Source: Rhabdothermincola sp. (GTDB lineage Bacteria > Actinomycetota > Acidimicrobiia > Acidimicrobiales > Acidimicrobilacustridaceae). From it: a stretch of DNA of 64,000 nucleotides. The notes beneath the pieces were generated by a model. The model was not told where the DNA came from and made no database searches. It was given only the letters and a program-made list of their open reading frames with translations. Below, in pieces: positions 9,735 to 18,605 of the stretch. The translations under genes were made by a program, and so were the position numbers. How positions within the stretch are numbered: position 1 is the first letter of the stretch; the number at the start of each line of letters is the position of its first letter. The stretch lies in contig NZ_DAIUCK010000001.1 in NCBI RefSeq assembly GCF_036846205.1, positions 4,961-68,960 of the forward strand. The letters run 5' to 3'.

Positions 9735-10778
9735 TCAGCCCACCACCCCGTGAACCGCCTCACGGACCCGGGCTCCGAACGCGTCCCGGCCGTGCACTTC
9801 CCGGACGAAGGCTCGCGCCGCCCGGCCCATCCGCGCCCGTCGAGCCGGGTCCCGACCCAGCTCGACGAGTGCGCGCGTGAGGGCGTCGACGTCACCGGGA
9901 GGAACCAGCACCCCGGTCGTGCCGTCGATGACGGTATCGACCGTACCTCCCACCGAGGAGACGATCGCCGGGACGCCGGCGGCCCCGGCCTCCAGCGCCA
10001 CGATGCCCAACCCCTCCCCCTGCGGGTGGTCGCCGCGACGGAACCGGCTGACGCTCACGGCGACGCCGGCCTCCGCGTACTCGCGGCGCAGCGCATCGTC
10101 GTCGAGTGGCCCCAGGCAGCGCACCATCGAGGTGAGACCCCGCCGCTGCACGAGGGCATCGAGCTGGCGGCGTGCCGGACCGTCACCGATCACCCGCAGC
10201 TCGACGTCGATGCTGCTCGCCGCCCGCTCAGCGGCCTCGATACAGGTGTCGATGCCCTTGTAGGCCAGGTCGTCGAGGCGGGCCACGACGACGATCCGCA
10301 GACCCGAGCCGTCCCGCTCGGGGCCCCTGGCGGTGAAGAACGAGTCGTCGAGCCCGCCGCCGAGCACCGGCCCCACCCGGACGCCAGGCTCGATCCTACG
10401 CAGCTCCGTGGCGGTGAACGACGAGATCGGCCACACCTGGGTGAGCGCCCGCCACATGCCGCGGGTGAACGGGGAGGAAGGCCCCCACACCTCGATCCCA
10501 TACGCGACAGCGACCGCAGGCCGGCCGCGAAGCAGCTGCGGCCCCGCCAGCGGAGCGAACGAGAGGTGGCCGAGCACCACGACCTGCGGGCGGCTCCGGT
10601 GCCAGGTGGCGAGGGCCAGAGCGGCTGCTCTCGCCTTCGCCCTCGGTGTTCCGCCGGTCGGCTCCAGTTCGAGATCCAGGGTCTCGCACGGCCCGACCCG
10701 AGCCAGCGCATCGATCATCCAGCTCGAGTACCGCTGGATGCCCCCGACCCCATGGAGGTCGGAGCCGATGAAGAGCAT
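9735..10778 (-). CDS. Glycosyltransferase family 4
   Basis: MLFIGSDLHGVGGIQRY N-terminus. C-terminal GEGLGIVALEAGAAGVPAIVSSVGG. Start taken at the internal ATG 10778. Confidence 0.8.
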   Translation of the reverse strand: MLFIGSDLHGVGGIQRYSSWMIDALARVGPCETLDLELEPTGGTPRAKARAAALALATWHRSRPQVVVLGHLSFAPLAGPQLLRGRPAVAVAYGIEVWGPSSPFTRGMWRALTQVWPISSFTATELRRIEPGVRVGPVLGGGLDDSFFTARGPERDGSGLRIVVVARLDDLAYKGIDTCIEAAERAASSIDVELRVIGDGPARRQLDALVQRRGLTSMVRCLGPLDDDALRREYAEAGVAVSVSRFRRGDHPQGEGLGIVALEAGAAGVPAIVSSVGGTVDTVIDGTTGVLVPPGDVDALTRALVELGRDPARRARMGRAARAFVREVHGRDAFGARVREAVHGVVG

Positions 10779-10884
10779 GCGGGGCGGCCCGCTCACCACA
10801 CCATCGCTGGGACGATCACCGACGATCCTCGACGCTCCGCAGGCCGCTTCCGGGGGGAATGCCACAGACTACGCTGGCACCCAC

Positions 10885-12567
10885 ATGGCCTCGAACGTCC
10901 CGAGTGGCGCCGCGCATCTCGAGCTCCGCGACTACCTGCGAATCCTCCAGCGCCGCAAGCTCGTCATCATCATCGTGACCGCCGTCTGCACGGCGGCGGC
11001 GTTGGTGCTGTCGTTCCTCCAGACCCCGCTCTACGCCGCCACAGCGAAGATCCTCATCCAGAAGCAGTCCCTGTCGACCGGCTTCGAACAGTCGAGCGGG
11101 CGGATCACCCCGGATCTCGCCGGGGAGATCGAGCAGCAGTTCTTCAACGGCCAGGCCGTTCGGGACCTCGCTCGTGACCGGCTCGGTTTCCCGGCGAACG
11201 CCTCAGCGTCGGTGGTCGGTCGGGGCGCGGTCCTGCAGGTCCGGGCGGTGAGCCCCGACGCGCAACGGGCCGCAGAGATCGCCAACGCGTACGCCCAGGC
11301 TTACATCGACGCTCGTCGCGAGGGCATGCTGCGCGAGTACCTGGCGACCGCTGAGGCCATACAAGGCAAGGTCGCCGACCTCGACGCCAAGATCGAGGAG
11401 CTCGACGCCCAGCTCGCTCGCCTGTCATCCAACTCGGATCGTGACGGTCAAGCCACCGAGGCCGCGGGCCTGCGGGTCCAGCGCGACTCGCTCATCACCC
11501 AGAAGGCGGCCCTCGAGAAGAGCCTCGACGAGGTCGAGGTCGGCGCAGATCTCGCCCGCGGCGGGGGTCCCGAGATCGTCGCTCCCGCGACCCCGCCCGA
11601 GCGACCGTTCCGTCCCAACCCACCCCGCGACGCGCTCGGAGGCCTGTTCCTCGGGGTGCTCCTGGGTGTCGCGGCGGCCCTGCTTCTCGAGTACCTCGAC
11701 GACTCGATCAAAGGGGAAGCGGATCTCGCGGCGGCGACCGGTGGTGCCCCGGTGCTCGCCGTCATCCCCCGTGTCCCGGACTGGCGCAACCGCTCGGATG
11801 CGATGCTCGTCTCGCTCGAGCACCCGTCCTCGCCGACCGCCGAGGCCTATCGCACCCTGCGCACCTCGGTGCAGTTCGCGGGCCTGGACCGGCCGTTGCG
11901 CACCCTGCAGGTCACCAGCCCCCGCTCCCAGGACGGCAAGTCGACCACGGCCACCAACCTGGCGGTCGCCCTGGCCCGGGCAGGTCAGCGGGTGATCCTC
12001 ATCGACTGCGACCTGCGGCGTCCACGGGTCCACGATTTCTTCGGGTTGTCGAACGCCGTGGGGTTCACCTCCGTGCTGGTGGGCGATGTCCCCCTGGTGA
12101 ACGCCACCCAGGCGGTCCCCGGCCTCGATCGCTTGCGGGTCCTGGCGTCGGGCCCCACACCGGCAGATCCCTCGGAGCTGCTCTCGACCCGACGAGCGGT
12201 CGAGTTGATCAACTCGATCAAGGAGGCCTGCGACATCGTCGTGATCGACACGCCGCCGGTGCTGCCGGTGTCGGACGCGCTGGTGCTCTCCGACGTGATC
12301 GATGCGGTGATCGTCGTGGTGGCGGCCGGCTCGACGACCAAGAAAGAGACGCAACGAGCCTTCGAGCTCCTCCGCCAGGTGGACGCACCGGTGATCGGGG
12401 TGGTCATGAACGCTGGGCCCACCGAACGGGGGTATGGCTACGGGTACGGCTACTCGAGCGAGCTCGACCGACGCCAGCCGCGCTCGGCCAGGCGCGCTCG
12501 GCGAGTCGATGGCAACGGCCACCGTGACCATGCGGAGCGCTTCCCGGAGACGACCGCTCAGCCCTGA
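10885..12567 (+). CDS. Polysaccharide co-polymerase / BY-family tyrosine autokinase (Wzz domain + CpsD/Wzc-like P-loop)
   Basis: N-terminal TM, coiled-coil and second TM. Walker A SPRSQDGKST, A' ILIDCDLRRP, B VVIDTPP. C-terminal Tyr cluster GYGYGYGYS (12433-12456). Confidence 0.85.
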   Translation: MASNVPSGAAHLELRDYLRILQRRKLVIIIVTAVCTAAALVLSFLQTPLYAATAKILIQKQSLSTGFEQSSGRITPDLAGEIEQQFFNGQAVRDLARDRLGFPANASASVVGRGAVLQVRAVSPDAQRAAEIANAYAQAYIDARREGMLREYLATAEAIQGKVADLDAKIEELDAQLARLSSNSDRDGQATEAAGLRVQRDSLITQKAALEKSLDEVEVGADLARGGGPEIVAPATPPERPFRPNPPRDALGGLFLGVLLGVAAALLLEYLDDSIKGEADLAAATGGAPVLAVIPRVPDWRNRSDAMLVSLEHPSSPTAEAYRTLRTSVQFAGLDRPLRTLQVTSPRSQDGKSTTATNLAVALARAGQRVILIDCDLRRPRVHDFFGLSNAVGFTSVLVGDVPLVNATQAVPGLDRLRVLASGPTPADPSELLSTRRAVELINSIKEACDIVVIDTPPVLPVSDALVLSDVIDAVIVVVAAGSTTKKETQRAFELLRQVDAPVIGVVMNAGPTERGYGYGYGYSSELDRRQPRSARRARRVDGNGHRDHAERFPETTAQP

Positions 12568-13877
12568 GCGGGACGCAGCCGGGCCAGCGAAACGACACCG
12601 GCCACCAGCTCACGGACGTCCTGCCGCCGGGGTACGCAGCGGCGGAGCACCCCACCGGTGACCGTGCGGCGGAGCCCGTGCAGGAGCAGCAGCGTCGTCG
12701 CCAGGTAGCCACCGAGCGACGCGAGGGCCGCACCGAGGATGCCGAGGCCGGGCAGCAGCCCCGCCAGGAGCACCGCGGTCGCCGCCAGCCCGCCGAGCTC
12801 GGCCCGCAGGACGTCACCCGGCCGACCGAGGCCACGGAAGCCCTCCTCGAGCACGAAGTTGGTGGCGAGCAAGCCGCTGCCGGCCACCAGGATCGCCGCC
12901 GGGCCGATCGCGGCCGAGAATGCTCCGCCGAAGAAGAGCGGCACCGCGAGCGGCGTCAGCCCCCCGACGGCGAACACGAGGCCGGCGGTCACCAGCACCG
13001 TGACCCGGATGCCGAGGAACAGCACCTGCTCACGGGTTTGCTCATCCGGCTCCGCCGCCAGGCGAGGGAACAGCACCACGCCGAGAGCATTGACGAGCGG
13101 GGTGACGAGCCCGGCCCAGGCGACGGCCACCACGTACAGGCCGAGCTCGTCGCTCGGTACGAACGCGGCCAGCAGGAGCTGATCGAGCCGCACGTTCAAC
13201 CATTGCGGTATCGACGCCAACATCAGCGGCAGGCCGTAGCGCAACATCGGACCCCATGAGGTGACATCCACCCGGTAAGGCGGACGCACGATCGGGCGAG
13301 CCACGACCACCGAGACCCCGAAACTCAGCACCCACCCGCACAGGAAGCCGACGGTCACGAAGCCGGGTGAGCGGTTGCCGGTCGCGATCGCGGACACCAC
13401 CACGACGACCCACAGCAGCGAAGGCAGGAGGCGCACGACGTTCCAACGGGTGAAGCTCGACAGGCCTCGGAGCGCCTGACCGGGCTGGTTGGCCACGGCG
13501 TAGAGGGGAACGAACAGCAGGAACAGACGCGCCAGCCCGACCGTGGCCGACGATTGCGAGGCGAGGAGCAGGGGCATCGCCACCCAGCCGACGGCCACCA
13601 CCGGGAGGGCCGTCAGCGTCGTGAGCACCGCGGCAGAGGTGGCGAAGGTGCCCGCCCGCTCGGGTCGCCGGGCGGAGAAGTAGACCACGGCATCGGTGGT
13701 GCCGAGTACGGCAACGGTCGCCAGCAGGAAGCCCCAGAGCTGGATCGCGGCCACCTCACCGCGACCGGCCGGCCCGAGTGACCTGGCCAGCAGGACCCCG
13801 CTGGCGGCGTTGAGCCCGGCGAGGGTCACGTTCGCCGCAGCGGTCACGCCCACACCGAGACGGGCACCACCCGTCAT
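12558..13877 (-). CDS. Oligosaccharide flippase (MOP/Wzx family)
   Basis: About 439 aa with 12 or more hydrophobic segments. N-terminus NVTLAGLNAASGVLLARSLGPAGRGEVAA is typical of polysaccharide-biosynthesis (Wzx) proteins. Convergent with the kinase gene, overlapping it by 10 nt. Confidence 0.75.
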   Translation of the reverse strand: MTGGARLGVGVTAAANVTLAGLNAASGVLLARSLGPAGRGEVAAIQLWGFLLATVAVLGTTDAVVYFSARRPERAGTFATSAAVLTTLTALPVVAVGWVAMPLLLASQSSATVGLARLFLLFVPLYAVANQPGQALRGLSSFTRWNVVRLLPSLLWVVVVVSAIATGNRSPGFVTVGFLCGWVLSFGVSVVVARPIVRPPYRVDVTSWGPMLRYGLPLMLASIPQWLNVRLDQLLLAAFVPSDELGLYVVAVAWAGLVTPLVNALGVVLFPRLAAEPDEQTREQVLFLGIRVTVLVTAGLVFAVGGLTPLAVPLFFGGAFSAAIGPAAILVAGSGLLATNFVLEEGFRGLGRPGDVLRAELGGLAATAVLLAGLLPGLGILGAALASLGGYLATTLLLLHGLRRTVTGGVLRRCVPRRQDVRELVAGVVSLARLRPAQG

Positions 13878-14135
13878 CGGGCAGCGCCCCACCCGCCGGA
13901 CTGGCTCGCTGACCACGGCACCGTCCCGAGAGGGGCTCCGGCCGGCATCGGCGAGACCGTAGCAGGGCTCCGGCCCCGCTCCGGCGGGTCTCCGTCCCGG
14001 GTCCCATCGGCACCGTGGCGGATCCGTCGACCACGGAAAGGCTGGACACGGCACCACCGGCAGGTCACACTGGTGCAGTTCGTGTCAATGGCGGGACGCG
14101 ACTGAACCGCCCGACAGACGGAGGACCACACCCCG

Positions 14136-14651
14136 ATGCGAGTTCTGCGGACCACCCGTCTTCTCTTGGCGATGTTCCTCGCGGGCTTGGTCGTCGTCGC
14201 CGCTGCCCCGGTGGTGCAGGCGCAGCAAGGCTACGCAGGCGGTTCGACCCTCACGGTCAGCAACCCTGCACCGGCCTGCGGGAGCTCGGTCACGTTGACG
14301 GGCACGGGCTTCAAGCCCAACGCCGTTGTGACCTTGACCCAGGAGGGCGGGGGCACCATCGGCACGGTCACCACCGATGCCAACGGGACCTTCTCCTTCG
14401 TGTGGACCATCCCCGAGCCGTGCACGGCCGGGACCGTCGTCATCCAGGCCAGTGACGGCACCACCGTCCTCAGCGTGTCGATCACCATCGGCGGCACCAC
14501 GGCGCAGACCACCGGTACGACGACGCTGCCGCGGACGGGCTCCGACAACGGCAACCTGCTCCGAGCCGGGATCCTGCTGGTCGCCGCCGGTGGCCTGCTG
14601 GTCCTCGCCACCCGCAAGCGCGCCACCGCCAAGGTCGGCAGCGACGCCTGA
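14136..14651 (+). CDS. LPXTG-anchored secreted protein (sortase substrate), small Ig-like/beta-rich domain
   Basis: Signal peptide MRVLRTTRLLLAMFLAGLVVVAAAPVVQA. C-terminal LPRTG, then a hydrophobic helix and RKRATAK tail. GGAGGA Shine-Dalgarno (SD) upstream. Confidence 0.8.
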   Translation: MRVLRTTRLLLAMFLAGLVVVAAAPVVQAQQGYAGGSTLTVSNPAPACGSSVTLTGTGFKPNAVVTLTQEGGGTIGTVTTDANGTFSFVWTIPEPCTAGTVVIQASDGTTVLSVSITIGGTTAQTTGTTTLPRTGSDNGNLLRAGILLVAAGGLLVLATRKRATAKVGSDA

Positions 14652-14679
14652 TCACACCCGCCGCTGAAGCAGCCGCCGG

Positions 14680-15918
14680 TCAGCGGCGGAGCAGGTCCTT
14701 GGCGATGTGGGTGATCTGGATCTCGTCGGTGCCCGCGTAGATCTGCAGGACCTTGGCGTCCCGGGCCAGCTGCTCCACCTTGAACTCGGCCATGTAGCCG
14801 TTGCCGCCGAAGAGCTGCACCGCCTCCATCGCCACCTCCACCGCGGCGCGCGCCGCGTACAGCTTCATCGCCGAGGCCTCGGCCAGCGTGAGCCCCCGTC
14901 CCGCCTGGCTCATCTCGATGTAGCGGAACACGAGGTTCTGCACGTTGAGCCGGTGGACCTCCATGCGTGCCAGCTTCTCCTGGATGAGCTGGAAGTTGCC
15001 GATCGGCTGGCCGAACTGCACCCGGTTCTTCGCGTACTCCACCGACACCTCGAGGCACTGCTCGATGATCCCGAGGGCCATGGCCGCCACTCCGGAGCGT
15101 TCCATGGAGAAGGTGTCCTTGGCTCCTTCGCGCCCCCCGGAGGGCACGTCCTCGGTCTCCCCGATGAGCCGGTCGATGCCCACCCGCACGTCCGAGAGGA
15201 ACAGCTCGCCCGTCGGGGAGCTGTGCAACCCCATCTTGCGGAGCGGCTTGGACTGCTCGAGACCCGGCATGCCACGGTCGAGCACGAACGAGAGGATCTT
15301 GCGCTCCTCGGGCGGGTTGCCCTCATCCAGCTTGCAGATGAACACGATGGTGTCCGCGTAGGGGCCGTTGGTGATGAACGTCTTCGAACCGTTCAACACG
15401 TACTCCGAGCCGTCACGGCGGGCCGTCGACTTCATCGAGCCGAACGCGTCCGACCCGGAGTTGGGCTCCGTGATCGCCCAGGCACCGATCTTCTCCAGCG
15501 TGAGCAGCTCGGGCACCCAGCGCTCCTTCTGGCGGATGGTGCCCCGGCTGCTGATGGCCGCTGCGGTGAGACCCATCGACACCCCCATTGCCGTGACCAT
15601 GCCGGGTGAGTAGCGGCACAGCTCGATGATCGGGATCATGGTGAACGACGGGTCGGTGCCCCCATCCCGAGCTGGCTTCTCCGGAACGGGCTCGCCCTTG
15701 GCCCGGGCCTCTTCGACCCGGCGCTCGAACTCGATCCGCTTCTTGAAGCTCTCGCGAGCGACGACGTCCATCCCGAAGGTGGCGAACAGCTTGCGGAGGA
15801 TGTCATAGGGCGGGAGGTCGCCGTGTTCGAGCTGATCGTGCACCGGCACGATCTCCTTCTCGATGAACTGCCGGACCGCATCGCGCAGCATCAGCTGCTC
15901 GTCGCTCCACTCGAACAC
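14680..15918 (-). CDS. Acyl-CoA dehydrogenase
   Basis: Full-length ACAD architecture (WAITEPNSGSD, FITNG, C-terminal QIYAGTDEIQ). GTG 15918 is preceded by GGAAGGGGG. Confidence 0.9.
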   Translation of the reverse strand: MFEWSDEQLMLRDAVRQFIEKEIVPVHDQLEHGDLPPYDILRKLFATFGMDVVARESFKKRIEFERRVEEARAKGEPVPEKPARDGGTDPSFTMIPIIELCRYSPGMVTAMGVSMGLTAAAISSRGTIRQKERWVPELLTLEKIGAWAITEPNSGSDAFGSMKSTARRDGSEYVLNGSKTFITNGPYADTIVFICKLDEGNPPEERKILSFVLDRGMPGLEQSKPLRKMGLHSSPTGELFLSDVRVGIDRLIGETEDVPSGGREGAKDTFSMERSGVAAMALGIIEQCLEVSVEYAKNRVQFGQPIGNFQLIQEKLARMEVHRLNVQNLVFRYIEMSQAGRGLTLAEASAMKLYAARAAVEVAMEAVQLFGGNGYMAEFKVEQLARDAKVLQIYAGTDEIQITHIAKDLLRR

Positions 15919-16118
15919 GCTGCCCCCTTCCTCGGTCTCTGGCCGAGACCCTCCGATCGATGTGCCGTGCACCCGGACCGCAACACCGTAGGGGACGAGC
16001 TGGACGGCTCCAATCCGGCAGCTGGAGCCGGCAGGTCACGTCCACCGGACGCGTCCCGGCCGACCCGCCATCATGCGTCCCCGGGCGGCGGGACCCCACT
16101 GCTAGCGTCCTGGTTCCC

Positions 16119-18464
16119 ATGGCGCCGCCCACGGCAACGGCCACCGCCACCGACCGAGCGTCGATCGTCCGATCCCGACGTCGGTCCCTGGACCGCCGGA
16201 TCGTACGTGCGGTCACCGCGGCTGCGGCCCTCGCCGCGGTCGCCGCCGGAGGTGAGGCCACCGGGCTCGCGGTGGTCGACGCGCTGTGGCGGGCCACTCT
16301 GGCGGCGGTGGTCACCGCCGCCGCGTCCCGATCACGCCGGTGGTCCTGGTTGTGGATGGCCGGGCTCGCCACTGCCGCCGCGGTCGGCTCCCCTGCCCTG
16401 ATCCCCGGCTCGGCCGCGCTCGCCCTGGCACTCGTCGGGGTCTTCCAGGACCGCCGCAACCGGGTGCTCGGAGCATGCATCGGGGCGCTCACGATCCAGG
16501 CTCTGCTCCGGCTCCCCGACCTCGGCTTCCATGGCCTGACCGCCCTGGTGACGGCGTCGGCCGTCGCACCCGCGCTGTGGTCGGGCTACGACCGCAGCCA
16601 GCGCTCGGCGCAACAGCGGATCCTCCGGGCCCTCGCCGGGAGTGCGCTGGTGGTCTTCGTGCTCCTCGTCGGCCTGGCGATCGCCATGATCAACGCCCGC
16701 AACGAGCTCCAGCGCGGGGTGTCCTCGGCCCGGGCAGGCCTGGAGATGATCCGTGCGGGTGACCACGAGCAGGCCGCCGCCCGGTTCGAGCGCGCCGCCT
16801 CGGCGTTCTCCTCCGCGCACGACGCCCTCTCCTCGCCATGGAGCCAGCCCGCCCGGGCGCTCCCGCTCGTCTCCCAGCAGGTCGACGCCCTGGCCGGGAT
16901 GTCGGAAGCGGGTGACGAGCTGGCCCGATCGGCTTCACGGATGGCCATCAGCGCCCCTTACCACCAGCTACGCGCCAAGCGGGGCACCATCGACCTGGAG
17001 CTCGTGCGGGCCATGCAGCAGCCCGTCGAGGACTCGACCGAGGCGCTGCGGTCGGCCCGAGAGCGGGTGGCGTCGGTGCGATCCCCGTGGCTGGTCCCGC
17101 CGATCGGGTCCGAGCTCGACGAGTTCGCCTCGGACATCGACCGGTCGTTGCCGCAAGCCGAGCTGGCGTCGGAGGGCCTGCGGGTCGCGCCGCGCCTGCT
17201 CGGCGGGGAGGGGCGACGGCGGTATCTCCTCCTGTTCACCAGCCCGGCCGAGACCCGGTTCCTCGGTGGCTTCGTGGGCTCCTACGGCGTACTCACCGCG
17301 CTCGATGGGGAGTTGACCCTCGAGCGTTCGGGTGCGTCGGCGGACCTGAGCGCCGGGCCCGGCGACGAGTTCGATCTGGAGGGCTTCGAGGAGACCCTCG
17401 TCCGGTACGGCAGGTACCAGCCACAACGGTTCGTGCAGAACCTCACCGTGTCGCCCGACCTGCCGACGGACGCCGCGCTCGCCCGCGCCGTGTTCCCGCA
17501 GACGCTCGGAGGGGAGCCCATCGACGGGGTACTCGTGGCCGACCCGTTCGCGATCGCCGCGCTCCTCGAGCTCACCGGTCCGGTTCCGGTGGAGGGACTC
17601 GACACCCCCCTCGATTCGACCAATGCCGCCCGCTACCTGCTCGACGGCCAGTACCAGCGCTTCGAAGGCGATCTCGACGCGCGCCGCGATCGCTTGGCCG
17701 CCGCGGCCCGAGCGACCTTCGACGCCCTCCTCGAAACCGATCTCCCCGGACCCCGTCGACTCGGTGAAGTGCTCGGCCCGATGGTCCAGCAGAAGCGGCT
17801 GCTGTTGTGGACCTTCGACGATGCCGAGCAGGCGTTCCTCGAGCACCTGGGTGCCGCCGGGCGTTTCAGCCCCCCCGACCACAGCGACTACCTGTCGGTG
17901 CGGGTCGCGAACGCCAACGCCAACAAGATCGATGCGTACCTGCACCGGATCATCGACTACGACGTGCGATTCGATCCCGGCACGGGCCAGCTCTCGGCGA
18001 GGCTGACCGTGGAGCTGGTCAACGACGCACCGGGCTCGGGCCTGCCCCCGTACGTCATCGGCAACCATCGGGGTGAACCACCCGGAACCAACACCACCTA
18101 CCTGTCCCTCTACACCCCGTCCCGGGTGGTCGGGGCCACCATCGATGGCCGGTCGCTGGCCCTCGAACCGCAGAGGGAGCTCGGGGGAACGGTCTGGTCG
18201 GCATTGGTCTCGGTGCCGCCGCAGAGCCGGACGACCCTCCGGTTCCAGCTCGAGGGCCAGCTGCCCGGCGGGACGACCTACCAGCTCGCGGCGCTCAGCC
18301 AGCCGCTCGCCCACCCCGATCTCCTGCGAGTTCGGCTGGGCTCTGCCGACGGCGCCTTCGAGGTCCGGGAGGGGGAAGGCCTGGAGGTCCGCGATGGTTC
18401 GGCCTCGGGCGAGCTGATCTGGTCGGCGGATCGGTGGTTGCGTGCCGGCTTCCGCCGGCGTTGA
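16119..18464 (+). CDS. DUF4012-like large membrane-anchored protein of unknown function
   Basis: 781 aa. N-terminal Ala-rich TM segments. Core RRYLLLFTSPAETRFLGGFVGSYGVLTALDGELTL matches my recollection of the DUF4012 signature (NxAExRxxGG...G). Start ATG 16119. Confidence 0.6.
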   Translation: MAPPTATATATDRASIVRSRRRSLDRRIVRAVTAAAALAAVAAGGEATGLAVVDALWRATLAAVVTAAASRSRRWSWLWMAGLATAAAVGSPALIPGSAALALALVGVFQDRRNRVLGACIGALTIQALLRLPDLGFHGLTALVTASAVAPALWSGYDRSQRSAQQRILRALAGSALVVFVLLVGLAIAMINARNELQRGVSSARAGLEMIRAGDHEQAAARFERAASAFSSAHDALSSPWSQPARALPLVSQQVDALAGMSEAGDELARSASRMAISAPYHQLRAKRGTIDLELVRAMQQPVEDSTEALRSARERVASVRSPWLVPPIGSELDEFASDIDRSLPQAELASEGLRVAPRLLGGEGRRRYLLLFTSPAETRFLGGFVGSYGVLTALDGELTLERSGASADLSAGPGDEFDLEGFEETLVRYGRYQPQRFVQNLTVSPDLPTDAALARAVFPQTLGGEPIDGVLVADPFAIAALLELTGPVPVEGLDTPLDSTNAARYLLDGQYQRFEGDLDARRDRLAAAARATFDALLETDLPGPRRLGEVLGPMVQQKRLLLWTFDDAEQAFLEHLGAAGRFSPPDHSDYLSVRVANANANKIDAYLHRIIDYDVRFDPGTGQLSARLTVELVNDAPGSGLPPYVIGNHRGEPPGTNTTYLSLYTPSRVVGATIDGRSLALEPQRELGGTVWSALVSVPPQSRTTLRFQLEGQLPGGTTYQLAALSQPLAHPDLLRVRLGSADGAFEVREGEGLEVRDGSASGELIWSADRWLRAGFRRR

Positions 18465-18605
18465 CGGGGTGAGGTGGGGGGACCCGACGGTGAAGGCGGA
18501 GTGCTTCTCCCAGATGTCAGACTGGGCTGCCCGTACGGGCTGCCCCACACCAGGAGTTCGCACTGCACGTTGCGGAGGATCTGCACACCATGAGCCGGGA
18601 TAGCC

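Noticed and set aside
9306-11177. 623-aa plus-strand ORF spanning the GT4 and kinase genes
   Set aside because: Mostly antisense to the asnB-like and GT4 genes. It crosses an intergenic promoter region and has no motifs.
12200-12217. 18-bp perfect palindrome TCGAGTTGATCAACTCGA
   Set aside because: It lies inside the BY-kinase CDS (encodes VELINSI). My rough estimate under a 70% GC model is that about one 9+9 palindrome is expected by chance in 64 kb.
14238-14255. tRNA T-arm-like GGTTCGACCC string
   Set aside because: It is inside the LPXTG protein CDS, and the flanking sequence cannot form acceptor or T stems. I recognised no tRNA cloverleaf anywhere in the window.
14680-15918. Acyl-CoA dehydrogenase as a dedicated glycan-lipidation enzyme
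   Set aside because: It is a full-length generic ACAD with its own SD. It is convergent with or divergent from its neighbours and not translationally coupled to them. Most simply it is an unrelated metabolic gene inserted in the locus.
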